A stretch of 64,000 nt of DNA from Alphaproteobacteria bacterium bin52 (GCA_002238645.1 MPMT01000007.1:7502-71501); one strand, 5' to 3'; shown: positions 17,312-27,582, counted from the first letter of the stretch. The notes: generated by a model not told the origin, from the sequence alone. A program made the numbers and translations.

Positions 17312-18361
17312 GTGGAACACCGACCCATCAACCTTGCCAGTGACAACACTGCAGGCGCGCATCCCGAGGTAATGCGGGCGCTGGCGGATGCCGCCGCGAC
17401 ACCGGCGATGCCCTACGGAGACGACCCCTGGACCGCACGGCTTCAGGAGCGTGCCGCCGCCGCGTTCGAGCACCCGCTCGCCATCTACCCGGTCGGTACC
17501 GGGACGGCCGCCAACGCCCTGGCGCTTGCCACACTGGTCCCCTCCTGGGGGGTGGTCCTGTGCCATCATGCCGCCCATGTCGAGGAGGACGAATGCGCGG
17601 CGCCGGAGTTCTATTCCGGCGGTGCGAAACTGGCGTTGATGGACGGAGAGAACGGCAGGATCTCCGCCGACAGCCTCGCGGCCCGGCTCGACTTCGCCAC
17701 GCCGGCGCCGCGGGTGCACCGAGCCCAGCCGGCCGCCGTCAGCATCACCCAGTCCACCGAGTCCGGAACGGTCTATGGCCTGGACGAGGTTCGCGACATC
17801 TCCGCGGTCTGCAGGCAGCACGGTCTCGCGCTGCACATGGACGGCGCGAGGCTCGCCAATGCCGTTGCCGCGCTCGGGTGTTCACCGGCCGACATCACCT
17901 GGCGCAGCGGCGTCGATGTCCTCTCGCTCGGCGCCACCAAGAACGGCGCGCTGTGCGCCGAAACCGTGGTGTTCTTCGACACCGGGCTCTGCGACGAGTT
18001 CGAGTTCCGACGCAAGCGCGGCGGGCACCTGTTCTCGAAGATGCGGTTTGCCTCGGCGCAGATGGTGCCGTGGCTCGAGGAAGGGCGCTGGATCCGGCTT
18101 GCCGAACACGCGAACCGGATGGCGGTGGAACTCGCTGACGGGCTGGCCGGCATCCCCGGCATCACGCTGCAGTTCCCGGTCGAGACCAACATGATCTTTC
18201 TCGACCTACCGGTCGCGACCAGCGGTGCCCTTGCCCGGGCCGGGTGCCTGTTCTACAGCTGGGGCGAACGCGACGGGCGGGTCTCGGCCCGCCTTGTGAC
18301 CAGCTTCGAGACGACACGGGAGGACGTGGCGCATGTCATCGACACCGCCCGGGCAGGCTGA
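17312..18361 (+). CDS. Low-specificity threonine aldolase / beta-eliminating lyase family (PLP enzyme)
   Basis: GTG start is preceded by AGGAGA. The product carries INLASDNTAGAHPEVMRAL, GTGTAANALAL and a PLP-lysine context (VDVLSLGATKNGAL). Confidence 0.8.
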   Translation: MEHRPINLASDNTAGAHPEVMRALADAAATPAMPYGDDPWTARLQERAAAAFEHPLAIYPVGTGTAANALALATLVPSWGVVLCHHAAHVEEDECAAPEFYSGGAKLALMDGENGRISADSLAARLDFATPAPRVHRAQPAAVSITQSTESGTVYGLDEVRDISAVCRQHGLALHMDGARLANAVAALGCSPADITWRSGVDVLSLGATKNGALCAETVVFFDTGLCDEFEFRRKRGGHLFSKMRFASAQMVPWLEEGRWIRLAEHANRMAVELADGLAGIPGITLQFPVETNMIFLDLPVATSGALARAGCLFYSWGERDGRVSARLVTSFETTREDVAHVIDTARAG

Positions 18362-18383
18362 GACCGCCGGTCCGCGGCCCCGG

Positions 18384-18566
18384 TCAGCACCTGCGACAGC
18401 GAATCACCTCGAAGATCTCCTCCCAGTCCCCGTCTTCGGCGCAGAAGTCGAGCAGGCAGCGCAGGGCCTTGCTCCGGTCCTCGAGACCGTGCTTCTGCAT
18501 CGCATCGTCAAGCATCGCCAGGGAATCCTCGTGGACGTTGAAGCTATGCTCTACCAGTTCGGACAT
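18384..18566 (-). CDS. Small hypothetical protein (60 aa, acidic, C-terminal CRRC)
   Basis: The internal Met gives MSELVEHSFNVHEDSLAMLDDAMQKHGLEDRSKALRCLLDFCAEDGDWEEIFEVIRCRRC. Composition looks coding, but I recognise no family. Confidence 0.35.
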   Translation of the reverse strand: MSELVEHSFNVHEDSLAMLDDAMQKHGLEDRSKALRCLLDFCAEDGDWEEIFEVIRCRRC

Positions 18567-18652
18567 TGTCGCCCTCCTGCCGGATCGTGGAACGCAACCG
18601 ACAGTGTGCGAAGCAGGGACGATCGAGGTCAAGCCTGCCCGGGCCAGCACTC

Positions 18653-19876
18653 GTGACCGACCGGCTGCCCCACACATCCTGGGACCCGGATCGTGCAGGC
18701 GCACTGGACGGCGTGCGGGTGCTCGACCTGTCGCGACTGGTCGCCGGCAATGTCATCACCCACGTGCTGGCCGACCACGGGGCCGAGGTGGTGAAGATCG
18801 AGCGACCGGGCGTCGGCGATGACCTGCGCAACTGGCTGGTCGACGGCGTCAGTACCTTCTGGAAGGTCTACTGCCGCAACAAGCTGAGTGTCACTCTCGA
18901 CCTGCGCCGGCCGCGCGGACGCGAGATCCTGCTCGCCCTCGCGGCCGATGCGCGGGTGCTGGTGGAGAATTTCCGGCCGGGGACCCTGGAGCGCTGGGGC
19001 CTGGGTCCCGACGATCTCCACGCGGTCAACCCGTCGCTGGTCATTGTCAGGGTCTCGGGCTGGGGCCAGACCGGCCGCTGGAGTCACCGGCCCGGGTTCG
19101 GCAGCCTGGTCGAGGCCATGTCCGGCTTTGCCGCCATGAACGGGTTTGCGGACCGCCCGCCGGTGCTGCCGCCGCTGGCGCTCGCCGACATGATCGCCGG
19201 GCTGTATGGCGCCTTTGCCACCATGGTCGCGACCCGCGAAATCGAGATGAAGGGTGGCCGCGGCCAGGTAATCGACCTGTCCCTGTTCGAACCGATCCTC
19301 TCGGTCCTCGGGCCAATGGCGGCCAACCACGCGCTCTCGGGCCAGGTCCCGCCGCGCACAGGCAGCCTGTCGACCACCACCGCACCGCGGAACGTCTATG
19401 CGTGTCGCGACGGCAAGTACGTGGCCCTGTCGGCATCCATGCAGGCGATGCACGAGAGGCTGATGCGGACCATCGGGCGGGAAGACCTGATCGACGATCC
19501 ACGGTTCCGGACCAATACCGACCGGCTGCGCAACAACCACCTGCTCGACCCGATCGTCGCCGAATTCATGGCCGCGCGAACCCAGGAGGAGTGCCTCGAG
19601 ATCTTCGAGGCCGCCGCGGTCACGGTCGGGGCCGTTGCCGACATCGAACATCTTGTCGACCACGACTACGTGGTGGAGCGGGGCTCGCTCGCCCGACTGC
19701 CCGACGGGCAGACCGGAACCCTGCCCATGCACGCACCGGTCCCGAGACTGTCCGGGACCCCGGCGGTCCTCCGGCACCCGGCGCCGGACCTCGGCGAACA
19801 CAACGAGCGCATCCTGGGCGGGATCGGCATCGGGGCCGCGGAGCGCGCCGAACTGGCCAGAGAGGGGATCATCTGA
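18653..19876 (+). CDS. Family III CoA-transferase (CaiB/BaiF-like), second copy in window
   Basis: GTG 18653 gives ..LDGVRVLDLSRLVAGNVITHVLADHGAEVVKIERPGVGDD, the family III opening. Its stop overlaps the next start (ATGA at 19874-19878). Confidence 0.85.
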   Translation: MTDRLPHTSWDPDRAGALDGVRVLDLSRLVAGNVITHVLADHGAEVVKIERPGVGDDLRNWLVDGVSTFWKVYCRNKLSVTLDLRRPRGREILLALAADARVLVENFRPGTLERWGLGPDDLHAVNPSLVIVRVSGWGQTGRWSHRPGFGSLVEAMSGFAAMNGFADRPPVLPPLALADMIAGLYGAFATMVATREIEMKGGRGQVIDLSLFEPILSVLGPMAANHALSGQVPPRTGSLSTTTAPRNVYACRDGKYVALSASMQAMHERLMRTIGREDLIDDPRFRTNTDRLRNNHLLDPIVAEFMAARTQEECLEIFEAAAVTVGAVADIEHLVDHDYVVERGSLARLPDGQTGTLPMHAPVPRLSGTPAVLRHPAPDLGEHNERILGGIGIGAAERAELAREGII

Positions 19877-20769
19877 TGAGCACGCCCACCCAGCCTTTGT
19901 GGCGATCGATGCTGTACGTGCCGGCCACCAGCGAACGGTTCGTTGCCCGGGCACACGAACGTGGCGCCGACGCCATCAAGATCGACCTCGAGGATGCGGT
20001 CGCCCCGGCCGAGAAGCCGCGCGCCCGCGGCCTGGTCCGTGATGTCGCCCGCGCGGTCTCGCGCGGCGGCGCCGATGTCCTGGTGCGGATCAACCGGCCA
20101 CTGCATCTCGCGGTACCCGACATCGAGGCCTCGGTCTGGCCCGAGGTCGACGGCCTGGTCCTGCCGAAGGTGGATACCGCGCACTTTGTCGAGACCCTGT
20201 GCGAGATGATCGGGGAACTCGAGCGCGAACGCGGAATGGAACACGGCCATACCAGGCTCATGATCCTGATCGAGACCCCGCGCGGCTATGCCAATGTCCG
20301 CGCCATCGCGCAGTCCACGCCGCGGCTCGCGGCCCTTGCCCTCGGCCAGGAGGATTTCGCGGCGGAAATGGGCATGGCTGAGCCGGACGGGCTGCAGCTG
20401 CTGTCGTTCTACCAGGGGGTGCAGGTCGCGGCACGCGAAGCCGGGGTCATGCCCATCGGCTACCCGGGGTCGATCGCGGAGTTTACCGACCTTGCGCTGT
20501 TCCGCTCCAACGTGGAGGCGGCACGCCGGCTCGGGTTCGACGGCGGCGCCTGCATTCACCCCGCACAGGTGCCGATCCTGAACGACGTGTTCACCCCGGG
20601 CGAGGCGGAGGTCGTCCGGGCCGAAGCGATGGTCGCGGCCTACGACGCGGCGATGGCGGCGGGCGACGGCGCCGTCGCCTTCGAGGGCAAGATGATCGAT
20701 GTTCCGGTCGTGGCGCGGGCACAGCGCGTTCTCGACATCCGCGACCGCATCGCGGCGCGGGCCCGGTGA
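19876..20769 (+). CDS. HpcH/HpaI aldolase - citrate lyase beta-subunit-like (CitE/malyl- or citramalyl-CoA lyase family)
   Basis: MSTPTQPLWRSMLYVPATSERFVARAHERGADAIKIDLEDAVAP matches the CitE-family N-terminal pattern. The gene is translationally coupled to the CoA-transferase. Confidence 0.85.
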   Translation: MSTPTQPLWRSMLYVPATSERFVARAHERGADAIKIDLEDAVAPAEKPRARGLVRDVARAVSRGGADVLVRINRPLHLAVPDIEASVWPEVDGLVLPKVDTAHFVETLCEMIGELERERGMEHGHTRLMILIETPRGYANVRAIAQSTPRLAALALGQEDFAAEMGMAEPDGLQLLSFYQGVQVAAREAGVMPIGYPGSIAEFTDLALFRSNVEAARRLGFDGGACIHPAQVPILNDVFTPGEAEVVRAEAMVAAYDAAMAAGDGAVAFEGKMIDVPVVARAQRVLDIRDRIAARAR

Positions 20770-20793
20770 TAGACCCGCGGGCGCGGAACCCAG

Positions 20794-21291
20794 ATGGCTG
20801 ACGTCACCCGCAGCCTCCACCGGCATCCGGTCACCCGCCAGCAGAAGAACCTGTTGCTGGCCGAACCGATCGCCCGGCTGTCGCCGGAACGCTTCCGCGG
20901 CCTTGCCATCGATCCGGCGCTGGTCGACGCCCTGGACCTGAAGTACCTGGCGCTGGTCGCCATCGACTTCGTCATGGAACGCTCCGCCGTTGATGGTGGC
21001 GCGACCGATGAGGAGATCGTCGCGTTTCTCGCGTCCGAAGCGCACTTGATGCAACCTGCCCTGAACCAGGAGGAGTGCCGCCGGATTGGCCGGGTGATCG
21101 TGGACCAGCTCGTCAATGCGCGCGACAGTCACCGGGCGCTCAGCGAACGCTATTTCAGCCGCGACGAAGCGAATCAGAGATCAAAACATACAGCTTTGAT
21201 GTTTGCGACGATAGCACACCAGACCTATTCGAATCCCGTTGAACGCAAACGCGATTTTCGAGATTCAATTGCGTCAACAAGGAAAACTTGA
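20794..21291 (+). CDS. Orphan/chimeric ORF crossing the left junction of the lower-GC cassette (probable 5' gene remnant)
   Basis: The first ~120 codons are high-GC and protein-like (..DPALVDALDLKYLALVAIDFVMERS..EEIVAFLASEAHLMQPALNQEECRRIGRVIVDQLVNA). After about 21170 the composition becomes AT-richer and the reading looks arbitrary up to the stop. Confidence 0.35.
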   Translation: MADVTRSLHRHPVTRQQKNLLLAEPIARLSPERFRGLAIDPALVDALDLKYLALVAIDFVMERSAVDGGATDEEIVAFLASEAHLMQPALNQEECRRIGRVIVDQLVNARDSHRALSERYFSRDEANQRSKHTALMFATIAHQTYSNPVERKRDFRDSIASTRKT

Positions 21292-21353
21292 CTAGAAGTA
21301 GAGTTGCGGGAGGTGGCCGGATTGACGAATGATCGGCCAGTGCGGAGGTTCCA

Positions 21354-23900
21354 TTGCTGAGCTTTTTTTGGAAAATTACTCGAATTATTTTCTTTTACAC
21401 GCTCTATTTTTTTGCCGCTTTAATGATTGTCACCTTTGTTTTGCAGTCTTGGTCAGACGGTGGCCAGATGCTGTTTGCGTTCGGTGTTCCTGTTATTCTG
21501 GTCTGGTGGCACGAGAGGAGACGATCTCAAAAAGTTGCCGCCAAATCCGTTGCCGAGGAAAGCTCGAATACACGACCATCCCAACCAGAGCCAGCGGCGC
21601 GGCCCAGTGCCTACGAAAAACGTGTCGAGCGCAAGCGCGCTAGAACTCGCGAAGTCGATGCTCCCCAAGCATCGTCGTCGGCGCAGGCCTATGCCCCTCC
21701 AAAGCGGGACTCCGCCGAGATCGTTCGCGCCGGAAAGTCTGCGGTACCGGCTCTTGCAGCAGCCGCTGAAAGAAAGCAGCCTGCGCGAGTGGCATCGACC
21801 ACATCGGCGCGATCACGGAAAAGCGGGTGGGTCCCGTCTGGCGAAACGGCAAGCGTGGCAGGCCGCAACATCGGTGGAATGATCTATGTGGGCACCCCTC
21901 CGTTGCTGAACACCTACGGGTATCGCGACAAGTGCCGGGCCTATATCGATCCGTCCCTTTCGATCGCCCGCTCGGGCATCGACAAAGCTGGCGACGGCAT
22001 GCCCTATTGGCCGGGGTACTCAGATATTTCGCCCCAATGCCGGGCAACCTATTTGGAGTGGCTGGCCAGTGGGCGAAGCAACGCCTCCTACAACCCTGGC
22101 TATATGTTCCTGTACTTCTACGGGCTTGAACGCCGCTTCTTCGTCGACCAGCCAAACGAAGATGCCAAGGATATCATCAAGGAGGTTCGGCGGTTGCAAT
22201 CGCTCTACCCCGACAACCACTCCGTTGGACGATATCTAGGCGAGTTCCTTGACATCGCGATGCTTGCCGAAACCGATCTCAACTCGATCGAACCTGTTTT
22301 CGAACGACAGAGTTGGGAACTGCCGTTCTCACTGAAATACGCAATCGGTGCTCGGATCGACAAAGGCAAAAACTTGACCGCTGACTGGCTGCTAAGTTGG
22401 TTGATCTGCCATCCTGAAAGCAATCTGAGAACTTCCGCCACGCGCTGCCGTGACGAGTTCATCGCTCTCTTTCGCATGAAATTTGAACAGCGTTTCCCTG
22501 ACGGGCTTAAAGTCAACAAACCCAGGAAGAAGCTTACGGCGTCCTATCGTGCCGCTTCCAGTGAGTTCCAGGGTACGACCAACCCTACCGTCAATGGCAA
22601 ACCGGTCCCGGATATCTCCGGGTTGCGGAAGCCAATCGAGATTGCACAAGAGCTGGCCGATGAGGTTATGAACGACCTCGACAAACTGAGCCGTTTCTTG
22701 GGCCGAAATCCTGATGGCCGCGGGAGTGTTCAAGCTCATGCCTTGCTGCCATCCCAACTGTGGCAATCATTTCCGTCTGAGGAAATAGACCGCTTGAAGT
22801 CATGGGCTAGCGATGTCGTCGACCAAGGTGGATTGGTACCGCTGGAGGAGGTGATACGGCGTATGGAGGGCGAATCAAACGAGAAGATCAGGAAGCGGCA
22901 GATGACAGGAGCTGCGGATGCTTTGGCGCGGCTTGGCTTTGGTTTGGCGCCCGACCCTCGGTTCGCGCTACGATCTCCCAAACCGGAAGAACCGGTTGTT
23001 CTGTTCAGCCTGGGCGAACCCATCGAAAAGCTGGAAGAAGTTTCTGACAGCTATCGGAGCGCTTTGGTGGAATTGGCGCTCGGGTCATTCGTCGCCCATG
23101 CAGACGGTCGCATCGCGGAGCCTGAGCGCAAGGCGCTTGAGGAGCAAGCCTCTGCCGCGTCGCTCGGTGATCATGAACGTCGTAGGCTCCGCGCAAACCT
23201 TGAATGGTTTCTTGCCGTGCCACCGGACATGACGCTTTTGCGGCGAAAACTGAAGGAAGTTGACCAGGACAGTCAAACCGCCATGCGGGTGGCGTTGGTT
23301 AGCGCTGCACACGCCGATGGAATCATTCACTCCGACGAAGTCGCGAGCATTGAGAAACTCTACAAGGCCTTGGGCCTTGATCCTACGCTTGCCTATTCGG
23401 ACCTGCATGCGGGTGAAGTTGCGGATGGTCCGCGCACGGTTCGGCCTTTTCAGCCGGGTCGTCCAGGCGAAGCGATCCCCGAACCGGAAAAAGCCAGCGG
23501 GGCAAAGCTCGATGCCTCGCGGATTGCGGCGATCCGTTCGGACACGGAGCGGGTGGCGTCCCTCCTCGGTCAGATTTTTAATGTCGAAGAAGAAGAAAAC
23601 GGCGTCTCCGCTTCTGACAACCAAGGCCTGCTGGCAGGGCTTGATCCGAAGCACGGTGCCCTGGTTCTAGAATTGGTTGGCCGGGAGCATTGGTCAGAGG
23701 CCGAGTTTGAGCGGCTCTGCGTTACGCATGGTTTGATGGCCTCCGGGGCGTTGGAAGTCGTGAACGAATGGGCCTTCGAGACCTACGACGACGCGCTTCT
23801 CGATGAATATGATGGATACGAGGTGTCTCCGGACATTGCGGAGGCAGTAAAGGATAATATGGAAGCGGAGGGCAGGGATGTCAAAATTGAAACCACGTGA
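21354..23900 (+). CDS. sngA: TerB-N / TerB / TerB-C domain protein (Shango SngA-like)
   Basis: TTG start is preceded by GGAGGT. The N-terminus is a TM helix. The protein carries a TerB-N-like block (MPYWPGYSDISPQCRATYLEWLASGRSN..GYMFLYFYGLERRFF). It also has a TerB-like block (LVELALGSFVAHADGRIAEPERKALEE) and a TerB-C-like tail (..EHWSEAEFERLCVTHGLMASGALEVVNEWAFE). Confidence 0.8.
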   Translation: MLSFFWKITRIIFFYTLYFFAALMIVTFVLQSWSDGGQMLFAFGVPVILVWWHERRRSQKVAAKSVAEESSNTRPSQPEPAARPSAYEKRVERKRARTREVDAPQASSSAQAYAPPKRDSAEIVRAGKSAVPALAAAAERKQPARVASTTSARSRKSGWVPSGETASVAGRNIGGMIYVGTPPLLNTYGYRDKCRAYIDPSLSIARSGIDKAGDGMPYWPGYSDISPQCRATYLEWLASGRSNASYNPGYMFLYFYGLERRFFVDQPNEDAKDIIKEVRRLQSLYPDNHSVGRYLGEFLDIAMLAETDLNSIEPVFERQSWELPFSLKYAIGARIDKGKNLTADWLLSWLICHPESNLRTSATRCRDEFIALFRMKFEQRFPDGLKVNKPRKKLTASYRAASSEFQGTTNPTVNGKPVPDISGLRKPIEIAQELADEVMNDLDKLSRFLGRNPDGRGSVQAHALLPSQLWQSFPSEEIDRLKSWASDVVDQGGLVPLEEVIRRMEGESNEKIRKRQMTGAADALARLGFGLAPDPRFALRSPKPEEPVVLFSLGEPIEKLEEVSDSYRSALVELALGSFVAHADGRIAEPERKALEEQASAASLGDHERRRLRANLEWFLAVPPDMTLLRRKLKEVDQDSQTAMRVALVSAAHADGIIHSDEVASIEKLYKALGLDPTLAYSDLHAGEVADGPRTVRPFQPGRPGEAIPEPEKASGAKLDASRIAAIRSDTERVASLLGQIFNVEEEENGVSASDNQGLLAGLDPKHGALVLELVGREHWSEAEFERLCVTHGLMASGALEVVNEWAFETYDDALLDEYDGYEVSPDIAEAVKDNMEAEGRDVKIETT

Positions 23901-25185
23901 GCGCGATGCGATTGTACAGGCGCTGCGGGCCGGGGTCGTGCCCAAGCTTGGCCTAAGCCACATCCAGGTAGGCCGCGTCCGGGAAATCGAAGAACTCGTC
24001 AAAGACATGGACCGGATATCGGATGGCGGTTCGGCTATCCGGTTCATTGTTGGCGAATACGGGTCGGGCAAAACATTCTTCATGAACCTCATCCGGCTCG
24101 TTGCCCTCGAAAAGGGTCTGGTCGTGATGTTCGCGGACCTGGCGCCAGACCGGCGCATTCACGCCACGGGAGGGCAAGCTAGGGGGCTCTATGCCGAGAT
24201 GGCCCGAAACCTTTCAACGCGGACGAAACAAGATGGAGGGGCTTTGGCCAGTGTCGTGGAGCGGTTCGTCAGCCAAGCTCACCGCGACGCCGAAGAGCGC
24301 GATTTGCCCACGGGCTCTGTCATTCGGGAACGCCTAGGTCACTTCGAAGAACTCACTGGGGGTTTTGAGTTCGCAGAGGTCGTCCGGCGATATTGGGAAG
24401 GCCATGAGACGGGAGACGACGAACTGAAATCTGCCGCCTTGAGATGGCTGCGCGGTGAATTCGCCACACGCACTGACGCCCGAAAGGCTCTCGGTGTGCG
24501 CACGATCATCGACGATGCGAGAGTCTATGACCACCTTAAGCTGATGTCGGCATTTGTGTGCGAGGCCGGCTACAAGGGACTGCTTGTTGGCCTTGATGAG
24601 ATGGTGAACCTCTACAAGCTCACCTCTTCCCAGGCTCGCAACGCGAATTACGAGCAAATCCTCCGTATCCTCAACGATGTGCTGCAAGGCAGTGCTGAGA
24701 ACCTTGGTTTCCTCATGGGTGGCACACCGGAGTTTCTGATGAACACGCGTCGGGGGCTTTACAGTTACGAAGCCCTCCAGTCACGTTTGGCCGAAAACAC
24801 CTTCGCGCGCGACGGATTGGTCGATCTTTCCGGGCCGGTTGTTCGGCTTGCCAGCTTGACCCCCGAGGATCTCTTTGTGCTTCTGGGCAATGTTCGGCGC
24901 ATCATGCAGGACGACGCCAGCGCTTTGCCAGACGATGCGCTGGAGGCCTTCATGGCGCACTGTTCGGATCGTATCGGCGAAGCCTATTTTCGCACGCCGC
25001 GCAATACGGTGATGGCCTTCGTGAACTTGCTTTCCGTGCTTGAGCAAAATCCCGGTGTCGAATGGAACGATCTGATTGAAGAGATCGAGGTCGCGGAGGA
25101 CCTCGGCGAAGACATGACGGAGGTGGACGAGGAAATTGGCGCGCAAGACTCCGGTGACGATGATCTGATCAGCTTCAAACTCTGA
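23878..25185 (+). CDS. sngB: P-loop ATPase of the DUF2791 / BREX-type ATP-binding family (Shango SngB-like)
   Basis: The gene overlaps sngA by 23 nt. It has Walker A GEYGSGKT (24052-24075) within VGRVREIEELVKDMDRISDGGSAIRFIVGEYGSGKTFFMNLI, as I recall for DUF2791 proteins. Confidence 0.8.
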   Translation: MSKLKPRERDAIVQALRAGVVPKLGLSHIQVGRVREIEELVKDMDRISDGGSAIRFIVGEYGSGKTFFMNLIRLVALEKGLVVMFADLAPDRRIHATGGQARGLYAEMARNLSTRTKQDGGALASVVERFVSQAHRDAEERDLPTGSVIRERLGHFEELTGGFEFAEVVRRYWEGHETGDDELKSAALRWLRGEFATRTDARKALGVRTIIDDARVYDHLKLMSAFVCEAGYKGLLVGLDEMVNLYKLTSSQARNANYEQILRILNDVLQGSAENLGFLMGGTPEFLMNTRRGLYSYEALQSRLAENTFARDGLVDLSGPVVRLASLTPEDLFVLLGNVRRIMQDDASALPDDALEAFMAHCSDRIGEAYFRTPRNTVMAFVNLLSVLEQNPGVEWNDLIEEIEVAEDLGEDMTEVDEEIGAQDSGDDDLISFKL

Positions 25186-25190
25186 CGCCG

Positions 25191-27362
25191 ATGAGCAGTG
25201 CGTTCGATAAACTTGCAAGGCCTGTCCAGAAATGGATACGCCAGCAGGGCTGGCGCGAGCTTCGAGACATCCAGGCGCGATCCATCCGAACGATCTGCGA
25301 CAGCAATGCCGACTTGATCGTCGCGGCATCGACGGCAGGCGGAAAGACTGAGGCGGCGTTCCTGCCGCTGATTTCGCAAGTTCTTAATGAGCCCCCTGAC
25401 GGCTCGGGATTTGACCTGCTCTATATTGGTCCGCTCAAGGCATTGATCACAGATCAAGCCATGAGGCTGGAGGGCATCTGCCAGGAGGCAGAGATGCCGG
25501 TTGTTCCTTGGCATGGGGATATTTCGCAGTCGATCAAAACCCGCGCGTTGAAATTTCCCAGAGGGATCCTGCTGATCACGCCTGAGTCGCTTGAGGCGCT
25601 GTTCATCCGTCGTGGTTTAGAACTCCTTCGCCTGTTTGGTGCGACACGGACCGTCGTGATCGACGAGTTACACACGGTGCTCGACAGCGAGCGTGGCGTG
25701 CAGCTCCGTTCTCTGCTGACCCGCCTCGAGCTGGTGGACAACCGCCCGATCCGCCGCATAGGTCTGTCCGCCACGCTTGGCGATATGGGCCTCGCCAAGG
25801 CCTATCTACGCCCGGACAACGCTAGCGCTGTTCAACTGATCGAGGCTGAGGGCGGTGAAGCCGAACTGCGGCTCCAACTCCGCGGCTACCTGTCAGGCGA
25901 TAAAGACGAAAGCAGCCCATCCGCAACCGATGCGATCGCGGCACATCTGTTCAATCACCTTCGTGGCAGCGACAACCTGGTGTTCGCCGGAGCACGCCAG
26001 CGAGTCGAGATCTACGCGGATCGTTTGCGAGAACTCTGCGAAAAAGAACACCTGCCGCAGGAATTCTATCCCCACCACGCGAGCCTCTCCCGCGAACACC
26101 GTGACTTCGTAGAGCGCCGTCTCAAGGACCCCGCGAAACCGACAACTGCGGTTTGCACGTCGACGCTCGAGCTCGGCATAGACATTGGTGACGTGACCTG
26201 TGTGGCCCAAATCGGGGCGCCATTCAGCGTTGCCACGTTGCGACAACGGCTCGGCCGATCAGGCCGGCGCGAGGGACAGCCAGCAATCCTAAGGCAGTAC
26301 GCTGTCGAGACCAAGCTGACGCCGGAGAGCAGTTTCGTTGATCGCCTCCGTCTTGGCCTGGTCAGGTCTATCGCGATGATCGACTTGCTTTTGGAAGGCT
26401 GGTGCGAACCGCCAAAACCGCAGGCGCTTCATCTCTCGACACTGGTCCACCAGTTGTTATCGGTGATTGCGCAGCGTGGCGGTGCTTCCGCAGGCGCTAT
26501 ATACAATGTGCTCTGCCGTGAGGGCCCATTCCGAAAGGTCACGACCGAGGTCTTCGCGGATGTGCTGCGCGCGATCGGTCACCCTGAGACCGGTTTGATC
26601 GAGCAGTCTGGAAGCGGCCTCCTGCTCTTAGGTTCCGCGGGCGAGAGGTTGGTCGAGCATTACAGCTTCTATGCCGTGTTCCAGACGCCTGAGGAGTTCC
26701 GTCTGGTTGCAGATGGGCGGGACCTTGGCACCCTGCCAATCGACAATATCCTTGCACCGGGTATGCTTCTGATCTTTTCGGGGCGGCGTTGGGCGGTTCA
26801 AGAAATCCATGATCGCGAAAAGGTCATCGTGGTCAAACCCGCCAAGGCAGGTGTGCCGCCTGTCTTTGGCGGCGCTGCGGGTGACATTCATGACACCGTG
26901 ATTGATCGGATGTTCGCGGTTCTCGAAGGAGATGCCAAACCGGTCTACATGGACACGGTTTCCCTTTCGATGCTTGAGGAAGCGCGAGCCCATTATGTTC
27001 AACTAGGGTTTCGGACTAACAACATCCACAGTCTCGGTGAGCACACATCGATCATCGCAACGCGAGTTGGGACGGTGAAGACATCAACCCTCGCTCTCGC
27101 ACTCAGAAGCATAGGGTTTTCGGTCGAGCAACATGACGGGTTCTTGCTTGGGGAAGCTGGGGATGAAACACCCGATATTCAATCGGCACTAGGGGAAATT
27201 GTGTCCGGCGAACCCGTAGACCTGTTTGCCGGTGCAGGAAACCTAGTTACCGAGAAGTTTCATCGTTACCTGTCGCTGCCCCTTTTGGAGTTGGATGCCG
27301 CTTCTTCCAAGCTTGTGCCCGATCTTCTTCCGAGGGTGGCCAGTCGGATTTTTCAGGAATGA
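25191..27362 (+). CDS. sngC: DEAD/DEAH-box (Lhr-like) helicase (Shango SngC-like)
   Basis: The gene starts 5 nt after the sngB stop. It has helicase motif I AASTAGGKT and motif II VIDELH, plus later motifs (VFAGARQRVE, TSTLELGIDIGD, QRLGRSGRR). Confidence 0.85.
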   Translation: MSSAFDKLARPVQKWIRQQGWRELRDIQARSIRTICDSNADLIVAASTAGGKTEAAFLPLISQVLNEPPDGSGFDLLYIGPLKALITDQAMRLEGICQEAEMPVVPWHGDISQSIKTRALKFPRGILLITPESLEALFIRRGLELLRLFGATRTVVIDELHTVLDSERGVQLRSLLTRLELVDNRPIRRIGLSATLGDMGLAKAYLRPDNASAVQLIEAEGGEAELRLQLRGYLSGDKDESSPSATDAIAAHLFNHLRGSDNLVFAGARQRVEIYADRLRELCEKEHLPQEFYPHHASLSREHRDFVERRLKDPAKPTTAVCTSTLELGIDIGDVTCVAQIGAPFSVATLRQRLGRSGRREGQPAILRQYAVETKLTPESSFVDRLRLGLVRSIAMIDLLLEGWCEPPKPQALHLSTLVHQLLSVIAQRGGASAGAIYNVLCREGPFRKVTTEVFADVLRAIGHPETGLIEQSGSGLLLLGSAGERLVEHYSFYAVFQTPEEFRLVADGRDLGTLPIDNILAPGMLLIFSGRRWAVQEIHDREKVIVVKPAKAGVPPVFGGAAGDIHDTVIDRMFAVLEGDAKPVYMDTVSLSMLEEARAHYVQLGFRTNNIHSLGEHTSIIATRVGTVKTSTLALALRSIGFSVEQHDGFLLGEAGDETPDIQSALGEIVSGEPVDLFAGAGNLVTEKFHRYLSLPLLELDAASSKLVPDLLPRVASRIFQE

Positions 27363-27514
27363 AGAACGCATTCCGGGTGAACACGGTGATCGAGCGCGTT
27401 CTCTACCCGTGCGGCATCGACCGCGACGATGGCGATCTCGCTGTCGGGCGTGAGGGTCTGGATGCGGCCGACGAAGCCGGATTTCTGCCGGGTGAACTTA
27501 CCGATTTGCGGCAT
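27353..27514 (-). pseudogene. DUF736-family protein fragment (conjugative-element associated), 3'-truncated
   Basis: MPQIGKFTRQKSGFVGRIQTLTPDSEIAIVAV matches the DUF736 N-terminus (xIGxFTxxxxGFxGxIxTLT). Only ~53 codons remain, and the end overlaps the sngC stop. Confidence 0.55.
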
Positions 27515-27582
27515 GGGATTTTCCTTTCCTGTGTGGCGGAGTGGGCCGGGAACGGCCGGCATGTCCGCTCACGTGCAGGCGT

